A stretch of DNA of 64,000 bases from an uncultured Candidatus Cloacimonadota bacterium (GCA_964457455.1 CAYWJN010000001.1:5648-69647), one strand, 5' to 3'; numbered from the stretch's first letter, positions 16,895-25,673 are shown. Made by a program: numbers and translations. Notes: a model not told the origin generated them from the sequence alone.

Positions 16895-17053
16895 ATGAAA
16901 GAAGATATTTTCATGGAAGTAATTGTAAAAAAAGGATATGATGATGCGATAGAAAAGATAGCTAAGGGTGAGATTAATCAAATTATCCCCATCTTGAAAG
17001 AAGAAGCAAAAAAAGAACAAGAAACCACTGAAGCCGAAGAAAACAAAAAATAA
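16895..17053 (+). CDS. small acidic protein (52 aa)
   Basis: ATGGAGGAAAGA SD. Below the size cutoff of the supplied track. Confidence 0.4.
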   Translation: MKEDIFMEVIVKKGYDDAIEKIAKGEINQIIPILKEEAKKEQETTEAEENKK

Positions 17054-17064
17054 GAGGGGGAGAC

Positions 17065-18411
17065 GTGAACCCGGGAAACAATATACATTTTGTTGAGCGA
17101 GTGGCTAAAGCAGGGGTAGATGTTGCTGAGGATAATCAGATTTCCCTAACTGATGCTCTCCGAAAAGTAGCGATTGATTATGGGTTAAATCCCGTCCAGG
17201 CAGAAAATGTAGGGGCCCGGATGAACCATATTAAATTCGCCAGAGAAAAAGATAGAAATGGGACACTGACATTTAAGTTTGAAAAGGCAGACTATACTCA
17301 ACTTGGACCATTAGTAGAGAAAAAGGCAAAAGTGATTGAGGGTAAAAGGATGAAAACGGCATCCGAACTGCTGGGTAGTGTAGCCAATGAGCCAAGCCCT
17401 AAAATAAATCCAATCCATAATATTGTGAAAATAGCTGATGCTGCCGAGGAGAATGCTGACGACTTATTGTCTCTTGTAAATAAAAGAGATAATATATTTG
17501 CCCATATAAAGAACACCATTATTGCCCTGTTGCAGGCAGGAGAATCTGCTAATGATATTTACAGAACGCTATATGAGTCTTGGGGCAAGAATAATGAAGA
17601 GGAACTGAAAAAGTATTTTACTGGATTATTAGACGATTTAAAGACCGAAGGCTATATTGATCAAGTGGATTTCAATGTTCCAGATTATACCAATACTGAC
17701 CCCGTTGAATTAACGGATAATGAACTGGCGAAGTCTGCTCATGAAGTTTTAAGATATAGCGATGAGATTATCAAGCGAGAGATCGCCCATCTAAATATGA
17801 TGAATATGTTGCAGAAAGAGGGTGGCGAGAAAAGGGCAGCCATGATTGATAAGTATCTCCAGCATGAATTTATTATAGCCAGCGTATTGCAAGAAGGGTT
17901 AGAAAAATATGCAGGAGTCAACACTGCCGCGAAAATATTTTTCCAGGAAAAGCCATTAGCATACTTGGCCGCAATAGTTGGTGCCCAAATAGCTGCAACC
18001 AAAGGCGTTGATATCATCAATGATGTGACAAAGAAAATCCGAACTAGGAAATTGGAGAAATCGCTTCCTAATCGATTCCCCGGACTGCAGGAAATACCTC
18101 CATCTGAGTATCATGACATCTATGAGACTGTAACTAATTTGAATCCAGTATTGGTTACAGCCCCATACGCCCTCGCGCAGACACTGAAAAAGCACCACAT
18201 AACCGGCACAATGGATTCTGGAAATATTAACCAGATGATATCTGCGGGTAAAAATTATACCCCTCCATTGAATTCAGAGTCTATTAGCAAAGCGGTTCAA
18301 ACTGGAATGTTAGCTGGAGCAAAAGTGGTAGAAGATCAAGATAAGATGGACAAAGAACATGACTTCAAATCTGATCTGGCAATCTATATTAATGAAAAGC
18401 GTAAAAAGTAA
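17065..18411 (+). CDS. hypothetical virion or assembly protein
   Basis: 448-aa ORF with a GTG start after AGAGGGGGAG. The C-terminal half has an Ala/Gly-rich hydrophobic segment AAIVGAQIAATKG. Confidence 0.65.
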   Translation: MNPGNNIHFVERVAKAGVDVAEDNQISLTDALRKVAIDYGLNPVQAENVGARMNHIKFAREKDRNGTLTFKFEKADYTQLGPLVEKKAKVIEGKRMKTASELLGSVANEPSPKINPIHNIVKIADAAEENADDLLSLVNKRDNIFAHIKNTIIALLQAGESANDIYRTLYESWGKNNEEELKKYFTGLLDDLKTEGYIDQVDFNVPDYTNTDPVELTDNELAKSAHEVLRYSDEIIKREIAHLNMMNMLQKEGGEKRAAMIDKYLQHEFIIASVLQEGLEKYAGVNTAAKIFFQEKPLAYLAAIVGAQIAATKGVDIINDVTKKIRTRKLEKSLPNRFPGLQEIPPSEYHDIYETVTNLNPVLVTAPYALAQTLKKHHITGTMDSGNINQMISAGKNYTPPLNSESISKAVQTGMLAGAKVVEDQDKMDKEHDFKSDLAIYINEKRKK

Positions 18412-18468
18412 AGGATATTAAAGAAAGCGGATGATATTTTCGGCGGCAAAAGCAAGGTGAGATAGGTA

Positions 18469-21237
18469 ATGTCATTAGATAGTGTTACTGAAGGCAGCTA
18501 TAATACAAGCAGAATCAAGAATTTGGTGTTCAACCTGAACATGGACAGAATAGTTGTCCCCGTTAGAGCGAAGACCTATTATCGCTATGCGGAGTTTTTC
18601 TTTACCCATACAGCGATTGGGACGGCTATACTCAAGAAGGCAAGATTTGCCATCCAGGATATTAAAATCAGAAGTAATAATCCAGAACTTGAGGATAGAG
18701 CCAAAAAGATGATCAGGGTGATTAAATTAAGAGAAAAAATAGTGAAGACATGTCGTGATTATGATATATATGGGATAAGTGCTGTTTTTCCGATGTATGC
18801 TATTGATAAGGTTATTGTGTGTGAAAGTTGTGGAGATACGTATTTGTTAAAAGATCTCACACATACAGGAGACCCAGAATATAAATGGGATAGTTCGGGA
18901 GAAGGATCGATTCAATATAAATGCCGCAACAAAAAGTGTTCTGCCTATGGGAAAAATGCATCCTTTAAGATGAGAGATAGAAAAGATAGTTCAAATTTAA
19001 AAAGAATGTCTATAGCAGTATGGTCACCTAACAATATTGAAGCAGTTTATAATAAAATAACTGACACAAAACAATATAAATTATATATTGATAAAGAAAT
19101 GCGTAATCTGATACGCAGGGGTGATCATTATATTCTTTGTACAACGCCTCAGATATATATAAGAGCGGCATTGAAAAATCGCAGGATAGTCATCAATCCC
19201 AGCAAACTATTTATCTTTGAGGCTCCGACAATGAATATTCAAGGGATGCCAATTCCACCCATGGTAATGGCATTCCAAGATCTCTATACAAGAATGAAGT
19301 ATGTCCAAGCAAACGCTAATGTTGCCGAAGAATTGATGGTTCCGTTCCGGATGCTTTATCCTATTTGGAGAGGTGAATCTGGAGGTCATCTACCAAGGAC
19401 TCAAACTATTAATTCGTTGACTTGGCGACAGAGCGTTCTCTCACAATATAAAAAATGGAAAAAAGATAATAAACATGTAATGGTGATGCCTATTGAAATG
19501 GGCAGTAAAGACTTTTGGGGAGCCGGCAAACTTCTCGTGCTCGGAAGAGAATTGCGCGAGAACATGTCGGACATATTGGCCACAATAGGTGTACCTATTG
19601 AGTTTATATTCGGTGGAGTAACATGGTCACGACAAAATGTATCAGCGATTATTCTCGAAAATACATTTAAACAATTCGGAATGTTAGTCCAGGAATTATT
19701 AGATTTTATAGCCGAGAAAATAAACTCATCGCAGAATGTAAAAGATAAGGTCGAATTGACTTTGGAAATGCCCAGGTTGGTCGAGGCCCTTGCGGAGTCA
19801 ACTTTTCTCGAAAAGGGTATGGTGAACGGAGATATATCTCCGGAATTATATTATAGTCGGTTTGGTGTTGATCTCCGAGCACAAAGATCAAAAATAGAAG
19901 CCACTAAACAGGATAGAATCTATTTCAAAAAAATGCAGAAACGCCTCGAAGCCCAGGGTGAAGTTGAATTCCAAGAAGTATTGTTATCTGGACAGAAGAA
20001 AATAAAAGAAACTGAACGTCGAGAAGCCCTGAAAGATCAGTTATCTATAGCCGCCATTGAATCCGATAAAATGGAGGCCGCTATTGATAAACATAAGAAA
20101 TTGATGAAAATGGATATTGCATCCAAGAAAAAGTTGTTGGATTATCAATTGGATGTTCAGAATAAACGGCGGATTAATGAGATGGATGGTTCTTTAGAAC
20201 ATATGAAGGAAAGTCTCAAAATACAATCTGATCAGCAGTATAGAGATGCAAAACGATCAATGAAATTGGAATTGAATCAGATGGAAGCCATGGGACTCAA
20301 GGGAGATGAGGTTAATTATAAGAGACAGATGGCCGAAGAATACCGTCAATTGATGGAGATTTATAAAAAATTGCCAAAAACTAAACAACTGGAATTGATC
20401 GGCATGAAGTACGATGACAGAAAGAAATGTCTTCAAGAAATTGCTATAGAACAGGAAATGTCGGCCATTAACGACAATCTTGATCCCCAGACTAAACAGG
20501 AATTGTCCCAATTAAGCGAAGAAGAACGCAATAAGCAACTGGAAAATATATATAAGAAGAAAAAGGATGAAGAACAAATAGAGAAAACGGTCACAATGGA
20601 TCCAAACTTGCAGAAAGAACGTATTAAAAGAATGGACGAAGAAAGAGCAGAAGATCAGAGTATAAATTTGTCTGCTACAACCTATAATAGATTAAATCAG
20701 GACGAGAGAGAATATTTTAAACAGCAATTAATGCAGGAATCTTCGGAGAGGTTCGCTAAAGTTAAAGAAACTGCGGATGCTATGGCCACAATGGGCTATG
20801 CAGATAGATTAGCCAATGCAGACGACAATGAAATATCTGATATAGTTGAGGAGATTGAGGCTCACCGTCCAGATATCGCCAAAGATGTAGAAACCGAACT
20901 GGAAAGCCGAATGTTCATTAAGCAACAAGCCGCGGCCTATGCATCCAGGATGATTAAACTCGAAGGAACACCAGAATTCGGCAAGTTTGTAAAGGAAGTT
21001 CAAAAGTTCCCCGATGAGTTTAAGCAGATGATATCCGACAATCTAGATCAATTCATGAAAATTGAAAAGGACAACACCTTGATTAAAACGGGGGAAGACG
21101 ATGTTGCCAAGGAGATGGCTCTACAGATTCAGGAAAGTTATAATGAAACCGACAGGGTAGAAATGCTAAAGCAACTTCGATACATAAATCCCACATTATA
21201 TAAAAAAATAATAGCAAATATGGATTTAGATAAGTAA
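18469..21237 (+). CDS. putative portal protein with long charged coiled-coil C-terminal extension
   Basis: Largest ORF between terL and the protease/capsid genes, so the call is by synteny. About 470 aa are globular and about 450 aa are K/E/Q-rich. A Cys-pair insertion reads CESC...CRNKKC. Confidence 0.4.
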   Translation: MSLDSVTEGSYNTSRIKNLVFNLNMDRIVVPVRAKTYYRYAEFFFTHTAIGTAILKKARFAIQDIKIRSNNPELEDRAKKMIRVIKLREKIVKTCRDYDIYGISAVFPMYAIDKVIVCESCGDTYLLKDLTHTGDPEYKWDSSGEGSIQYKCRNKKCSAYGKNASFKMRDRKDSSNLKRMSIAVWSPNNIEAVYNKITDTKQYKLYIDKEMRNLIRRGDHYILCTTPQIYIRAALKNRRIVINPSKLFIFEAPTMNIQGMPIPPMVMAFQDLYTRMKYVQANANVAEELMVPFRMLYPIWRGESGGHLPRTQTINSLTWRQSVLSQYKKWKKDNKHVMVMPIEMGSKDFWGAGKLLVLGRELRENMSDILATIGVPIEFIFGGVTWSRQNVSAIILENTFKQFGMLVQELLDFIAEKINSSQNVKDKVELTLEMPRLVEALAESTFLEKGMVNGDISPELYYSRFGVDLRAQRSKIEATKQDRIYFKKMQKRLEAQGEVEFQEVLLSGQKKIKETERREALKDQLSIAAIESDKMEAAIDKHKKLMKMDIASKKKLLDYQLDVQNKRRINEMDGSLEHMKESLKIQSDQQYRDAKRSMKLELNQMEAMGLKGDEVNYKRQMAEEYRQLMEIYKKLPKTKQLELIGMKYDDRKKCLQEIAIEQEMSAINDNLDPQTKQELSQLSEEERNKQLENIYKKKKDEEQIEKTVTMDPNLQKERIKRMDEERAEDQSINLSATTYNRLNQDEREYFKQQLMQESSERFAKVKETADAMATMGYADRLANADDNEISDIVEEIEAHRPDIAKDVETELESRMFIKQQAAAYASRMIKLEGTPEFGKFVKEVQKFPDEFKQMISDNLDQFMKIEKDNTLIKTGEDDVAKEMALQIQESYNETDRVEMLKQLRYINPTLYKKIIANMDLDK

Positions 21238-21246
21238 GGAGAAAAA

Positions 21247-21963
21247 ATGAGCAAAGTATTCGCGGGTATGAAACCTATAAAAATAAAAGGATATGCTGGG
21301 AATCTGACAACAGATGTAAATCAACTTGTTTGGCCACATAATATGGAATATATTTATGGTTCTGTATCAGAAACATTATATTTGTCCAGCTCTGATAACG
21401 GAGATGATCAGGATTATAAAGTGACAGGGGTAGATGCTAATTATGTTTATCAAGAGGTAGAGGTTACATCTTCGGGGCAAACCGGGGTAAAAATTGGAGA
21501 AGATAATTCTTGGAGAAGGGTGTTTAGTATAGAGAATATAGGAGACACCAATAATGCTGGCGACATATATATCGGTACCGAATCTGCTCCGACAGGCGGA
21601 ATACCTAATGATAACAACATTAGAGGTATGATAGAAACCGGAAAAAATAAGAGTGAGATGGCTCTCTATACAGTGCCCAATAAGAAAAGGATCTTCATTA
21701 AAAAGATTATTCTGTCAGAAGCGGGTGCAGATGATGGGAGTTCGCTTATGTCTTTGAATGTAAGACCTTTTGGGAAAGTATTTAAACGGGAATTATCTGT
21801 GTCCCTCCTGAATGGAGTGGCAGAAATAGATTTAGAAGAACCAATAATAGTTGAGAGTAAATCAGACATTGAAATACAAGTAGTCAGCGGTGCGTCTAAT
21901 CCGGGTAAAATAACAGTATTAGTTGAAGCTGGAATAAATCCATTATTCTATGCAGGAGAATAA
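21247..21963 (+). CDS. hypothetical structural protein
   Basis: 238-aa beta-rich ORF with an AAGGAG SD. Confidence 0.6.
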   Translation: MSKVFAGMKPIKIKGYAGNLTTDVNQLVWPHNMEYIYGSVSETLYLSSSDNGDDQDYKVTGVDANYVYQEVEVTSSGQTGVKIGEDNSWRRVFSIENIGDTNNAGDIYIGTESAPTGGIPNDNNIRGMIETGKNKSEMALYTVPNKKRIFIKKIILSEAGADDGSSLMSLNVRPFGKVFKRELSVSLLNGVAEIDLEEPIIVESKSDIEIQVVSGASNPGKITVLVEAGINPLFYAGE

Positions 21964-22846
21964 CGTGCCCAGTGTCAGTCAGAACCAACAAAAATTAATG
22001 GGACTTGTCTATGCAGCCAAAAAGGGCGAAATACCAGTCTCTGCATTACATGGTCCGGCTAGGCAGATATACGAGAAAATGCCCAAAGAAAAAATCAGGG
22101 AATTTGCTAAAACTAAGAGAAAGGGGCTTCCAAAAAAGGCTTCACTACAAAGTGAGGTTATGAGGCAAATGGCCATTAGAATAGGAGGAGGTAGCGCAGT
22201 AGGGGGTGGGCTATCATATGCTGGTACTCTTAAAAACCAATGGGGAAGGTATAAAAAAAAGAATCCATCAGCGACATTTAAACAATTTTATTCTAATAGA
22301 ACACGACGAAATAAAAATGAACTGAAAAAATCTGTGGGTGTGGGTATACGATTAGGGATGTTGGCAGGATCTTTTATCCCGTACAATCACGCAAAATTGC
22401 GGGGCGCATCATATGATGGTTTCAGGCGTGCATATCAACAATACTCAGGGTCGCCGAACATTCCAAAGGCTACCATAAAAAAGAATTTAAGTACTTTCGG
22501 ATTAAAGATGAAAGGAGTTAACTCAAAAAGTCAGGTAAAACAAGCTTATTGGGCAACGATGAGGAAAGTGCATCCCGACAAAGGAGGCAATGAGGAAATT
22601 GCTAAAACAATCAATAGAGCATTTGATGATGTGTCAAAAACGGATTGGTTTAAGAAATTAGCGTATCCCAATATATTGAAGATGGCGCGGGGCAAATCTA
22701 TGCATTTACTTATAGAAAAGAAGGCTTTATGTCCATGGGTATTAAAGGAAGCAACCAAAAGGTGGATACAATCAGCAAATAAATCCATTAAAAGTCGAGG
22801 TACGGAAGGTGTGTGTTCTGGAGCAAACTTTGGTGGACCTACTTGA
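21950..22846 (+). CDS. J-domain protein paralog with leader-like motif near the C-terminus
   Basis: KQAYWATMRKVHPDKGGNEEIAKTI, with HPD at 22571-22579. LCPWVLKEATKRW lies at 22727 onward. An alternative GTG start at 21965 follows GGAG. Confidence 0.7.
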   Translation: MQENNVPSVSQNQQKLMGLVYAAKKGEIPVSALHGPARQIYEKMPKEKIREFAKTKRKGLPKKASLQSEVMRQMAIRIGGGSAVGGGLSYAGTLKNQWGRYKKKNPSATFKQFYSNRTRRNKNELKKSVGVGIRLGMLAGSFIPYNHAKLRGASYDGFRRAYQQYSGSPNIPKATIKKNLSTFGLKMKGVNSKSQVKQAYWATMRKVHPDKGGNEEIAKTINRAFDDVSKTDWFKKLAYPNILKMARGKSMHLLIEKKALCPWVLKEATKRWIQSANKSIKSRGTEGVCSGANFGGPT

Positions 22847-22855
22847 CCACCAAAG
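22828..22855 (+). terminator. hairpin spanning the stop codon of the J-domain gene
   Basis: CTTTGGTGG / CCACCAAAG forms a 9-bp stem with a 10-nt loop. No T tract follows. Confidence 0.35.
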
Positions 22856-22917
22856 ACAAGGCGCTATAATTTGGCGAAAGTCTTCCGGAGGATGGCTCAA
22901 AAAAGAAAGGAGAAGTA

Positions 22918-23616
22918 ATGGATGTTAAGATAATCGTGCTTATTATAGTAGTGCTAACTGGCAGCATTTATCACTTTGCCTATCGAAATGGTGTAAACGA
23001 TACAATCGTTAGGCAAGAGGAAGACCTTGTGTTTATGGATAGCAAGGTGGATTCCTTGACGGAGAGTATAAGTGCGGTTACTCATCAGGCGAATAATTGG
23101 AAATCGATAGCAGATTCGCTATTTACTAATCCCAAGATTATCAAGGATACAATATCAATTATTGTCACAGAAGATGGAGAAACTATTTATGATACTCTCA
23201 TGGTGGCTAATGCTGCTTCCCACACATTAGATTATAGTGGCGATAATGCAATAAAAGTGCGAAAACTCTTTACAGCCGAAGGGGATACTCTGCAATTTGA
23301 TATTCATGAGTGGATAGATATTGATGTAAATCTAGATAAAGATGGAGTAATGTATATCTTTGATAAATTGAGATATCAGATAAAAAATGTGAGGCTCAAT
23401 TGGGAAAGAAAATATATTAAAACCGTTGATAAAGGACAGATATTCTTCGTAGGGGAGACCCAATATGATTATAATCCAGAAGTTAATAATAATAAACAGA
23501 GATTAGATGGTTTTGTAGGCATAGATATCATCTTTGATGAAAGATATGGAATTGGATTAAAGGGGAATACAACAACGGTTGGACTGATGTTTAAATATAA
23601 ACTAATAGGATGGTAA
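22918..23616 (+). CDS. membrane-anchored protein (N-terminal TM)
   Basis: Hydrophobic N-terminus MDVKIIVLIIVVLTGSIY. AAAGGAG SD upstream. Confidence 0.6.
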   Translation: MDVKIIVLIIVVLTGSIYHFAYRNGVNDTIVRQEEDLVFMDSKVDSLTESISAVTHQANNWKSIADSLFTNPKIIKDTISIIVTEDGETIYDTLMVANAASHTLDYSGDNAIKVRKLFTAEGDTLQFDIHEWIDIDVNLDKDGVMYIFDKLRYQIKNVRLNWERKYIKTVDKGQIFFVGETQYDYNPEVNNNKQRLDGFVGIDIIFDERYGIGLKGNTTTVGLMFKYKLIGW

Positions 23617-24110
23617 ATATGATAAATTATGATAAGGGTCTATTGTATAGTAAAGCATTAAAGGCCGGACAATCTGTTGTGATGAAAACGCCAACAATAA
23701 CTAATTCCCGGGCAAGATATGCACCAGCAATAACTAAGAGAAAAACCGATAATGGGATTAAGTTGGCATGCCCAATAGTACTGAAGGAAGCGGGAATAGT
23801 TGCCGCATTAAAAGCATTTAAACCCATCGCTAAACATATATGGAAAAATCCATATACAAAAGCAGGTATTGTTGGTGGATCTGTCGGTGGAATATCATCG
23901 GGCATAAGCGGTGGAAATGTTGTCAAAGGAACTATAGGTGGTGCTGCAATCGGAGTTGGAGGAAGGTTTGGCTACAAGAAGTTAAAAGCAATAAAACCAA
24001 AAGGTATAAAGATAAAACATAATATAATTAAGAATAAAAAATATCCTGCACACATAGTGTTAGGTAAACAACCCTTAGTTGGTAAGCCCTACGTTGTGTC
24101 TGGAGTTTAG
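23610..24110 (+). CDS. glycine-zipper protein with internal leader motif
   Basis: LACPIVLKEA at 23763-23792. TTG 23763 after GGGA could be an alternative start. Contains GIVGGSVGGISSGISGGNVVKGTIGGAAIGVGG. Confidence 0.55.
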   Translation: MVNMINYDKGLLYSKALKAGQSVVMKTPTITNSRARYAPAITKRKTDNGIKLACPIVLKEAGIVAALKAFKPIAKHIWKNPYTKAGIVGGSVGGISSGISGGNVVKGTIGGAAIGVGGRFGYKKLKAIKPKGIKIKHNIIKNKKYPAHIVLGKQPLVGKPYVVSGV

Positions 24111-24124
24111 AAAGGAGAAATAAG

Positions 24125-24394
24125 ATGAAATGTCCACAAATAGTTAAAATGGCCGTTCTCGTAGGTCCTGCCATCGATCTGTCGTTATTTGGAACACCTT
24201 CTTTGATAGGTCATGGAGAAGGTAAGAAAAAGGGATTTAGGGAAGGAGCTATCAGCAGAAAAGAAAATCCGGAACGACTGAAATTTAAAAATTACGCTGG
24301 GCTACTAACGATACCTGGTTCAATAGGTTATCATCTTGGATATATGTCAGGTTGGAGACGAGCACAAACATTAAAAAAAGATAAATCTAGTTAA
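24125..24394 (+). CDS. leader-tagged small protein
   Basis: Starts MKCPQIVKMA, with an AAAGGAG SD. Confidence 0.6.
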   Translation: MKCPQIVKMAVLVGPAIDLSLFGTPSLIGHGEGKKKGFREGAISRKENPERLKFKNYAGLLTIPGSIGYHLGYMSGWRRAQTLKKDKSS

Positions 24395-24436
24395 GTTTTA
24401 AGATGATTAGGCATATAAAACGAGAGGAAAAATAAG

Positions 24437-24568
24437 ACGAAATGTCCTGCATCTGTAAAAATGGCAGCAACTAAAACCGTCTTACAGCCACATCAGGAAA
24501 GGACTGTTAGAAAATCAATGAATAACAATGTTCTTATCCAACACGGTTTAGGATCAGTCAAAAAATAA
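24437..24568 (+). pseudogene. decayed leader-family copy (ACG in place of ATG)
   Basis: GAGAGGAAAAATAAG ACG AAA TGT CCT keeps the SD, spacing and KCP codons but has no canonical start. The frame reads TKCPASVKMAATKTVLQPHQERTV...GLGSVKK then stop. Confidence 0.45.
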
Positions 24569-24648
24569 TTTTGGAGAATATATGATTAAATATAAGGAAT
24601 ATACGATCCAAGACGATATACTGGATTGAAAAAATAAAGGAGAATAAA

Positions 24649-25128
24649 ATGAAATGTCCAAGAATAGTAAAAGAAGCCATTACATTGATGAGAGTATCCA
24701 ACAAAGGTGAGTATAGAGGGTATACCCCAACAAAAGCAAAAGAAATAACAAGCGATAAATATCTGGAATTATCTGATGAATTGAGGAACAAAAGGATAAA
24801 TAGATATAGGAATCTGCCTAAAGTATACAAAAAAAATAGGCAGGTCGCTGGAGGGATATTAGGAGGAGGACTGGGTGGCACAATATCTAGTAGTCTTATG
24901 TCCGGGTCAAAAATAAAAGGAAAATACAAATTACCTATTATATTGGGATCGTCGCTATTAAGTGGAATAGGATTAGGTGCAGCATTTACTCCAAATAAAA
25001 GGAGAATGGAGAGAATGCGAGCATATGCTGATAAAAAAACTGATATAGAAAATTTCAGGAGACATTATCAAAGACCGGGGATAAAGAAAAATCCTAAAAA
25101 CTATAAATACTATATGAGAGATACATAG
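24649..25128 (+). CDS. leader-tagged glycine-zipper protein
   Basis: Starts MKCPRIVKEA. Contains GGILGGGLGGTISSSLMSGS and LLSGIGLGAAF. Confidence 0.65.
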   Translation: MKCPRIVKEAITLMRVSNKGEYRGYTPTKAKEITSDKYLELSDELRNKRINRYRNLPKVYKKNRQVAGGILGGGLGGTISSSLMSGSKIKGKYKLPIILGSSLLSGIGLGAAFTPNKRRMERMRAYADKKTDIENFRRHYQRPGIKKNPKNYKYYMRDT

Positions 25129-25140
25129 GAAATAGAAATA

Positions 25141-25236
25141 GTGAGATGTCCCATTGTAGTTAAAGAGGCGGTGATCAGCACTATATTACAACCTCTATTT
25201 GTTGCAAAGATCAAAAGAGAAGAAAGATATCATTGA
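25141..25236 (+). CDS. 31-aa leader-only mini-ORF
   Basis: GTG start after AGGAAA. Translation is MRCPIVVKEAVISTILQPLFVAKIKREERYH. Confidence 0.35.
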   Translation: MRCPIVVKEAVISTILQPLFVAKIKREERYH

Positions 25237-25280
25237 CCAATTATACGAAGTTATGGAAAGAGCAAATTAAAGGAGAAATA

Positions 25281-25661
25281 ATGAAACGTCCATTAATAAT
25301 TAAAGAAGCAATAGTCAAAGATATTGCAGACATCGAAGACGAAATATCAACTAATCCACAATATACCAAAAGTCAGGCAATAAAAGACTACAAGACTCAT
25401 GCTTTTGATAATATTGAGCAGGGACGATTGCCTGCTGTTCTATTAGGGGCTGGGATAGGGGCACTATCTTCGCTGATAGGACCAAAATCTTTAATGAAGA
25501 CTATGCGTCATGTAGGTGCAGGAGGACTATCTGGGGGGGCAGCAAAAGTTTTATCTGAAATTGATGATTTAAAAGCAAAAGCATTCCCCAGTGTATTACA
25601 GAGAGATGCTGAAAAGTATGTTAATTCATTAATAAAATATTATAGGGCGCCCCGAATATAA
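25281..25661 (+). CDS. leader-variant (RP for CP) glycine-zipper protein
   Basis: Track ORF is 25233-25661. ATG 25281 follows AAAGGAG. Starts MKRPLIIKEA and contains LLGAGIGALSSLIG and VGAGGLSGGAAKV. Confidence 0.6.
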   Translation: MKRPLIIKEAIVKDIADIEDEISTNPQYTKSQAIKDYKTHAFDNIEQGRLPAVLLGAGIGALSSLIGPKSLMKTMRHVGAGGLSGGAAKVLSEIDDLKAKAFPSVLQRDAEKYVNSLIKYYRAPRI

Positions 25662-25673
25662 CTGGGAGAACAA

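Noticed and set aside
6195-25661. Leader plus Gly-rich peptides as RiPP or class II bacteriocin precursors, or as lipoproteins
   Set aside because: The conserved part is only about 10 aa, with no double-glycine cleavage site and no maturation or export genes nearby. Payloads range up to 615 aa with enzyme domains. The Cys sits at position 3 with no preceding signal peptide or lipobox. Placement in the head-module context favours the virion-cargo interpretation.
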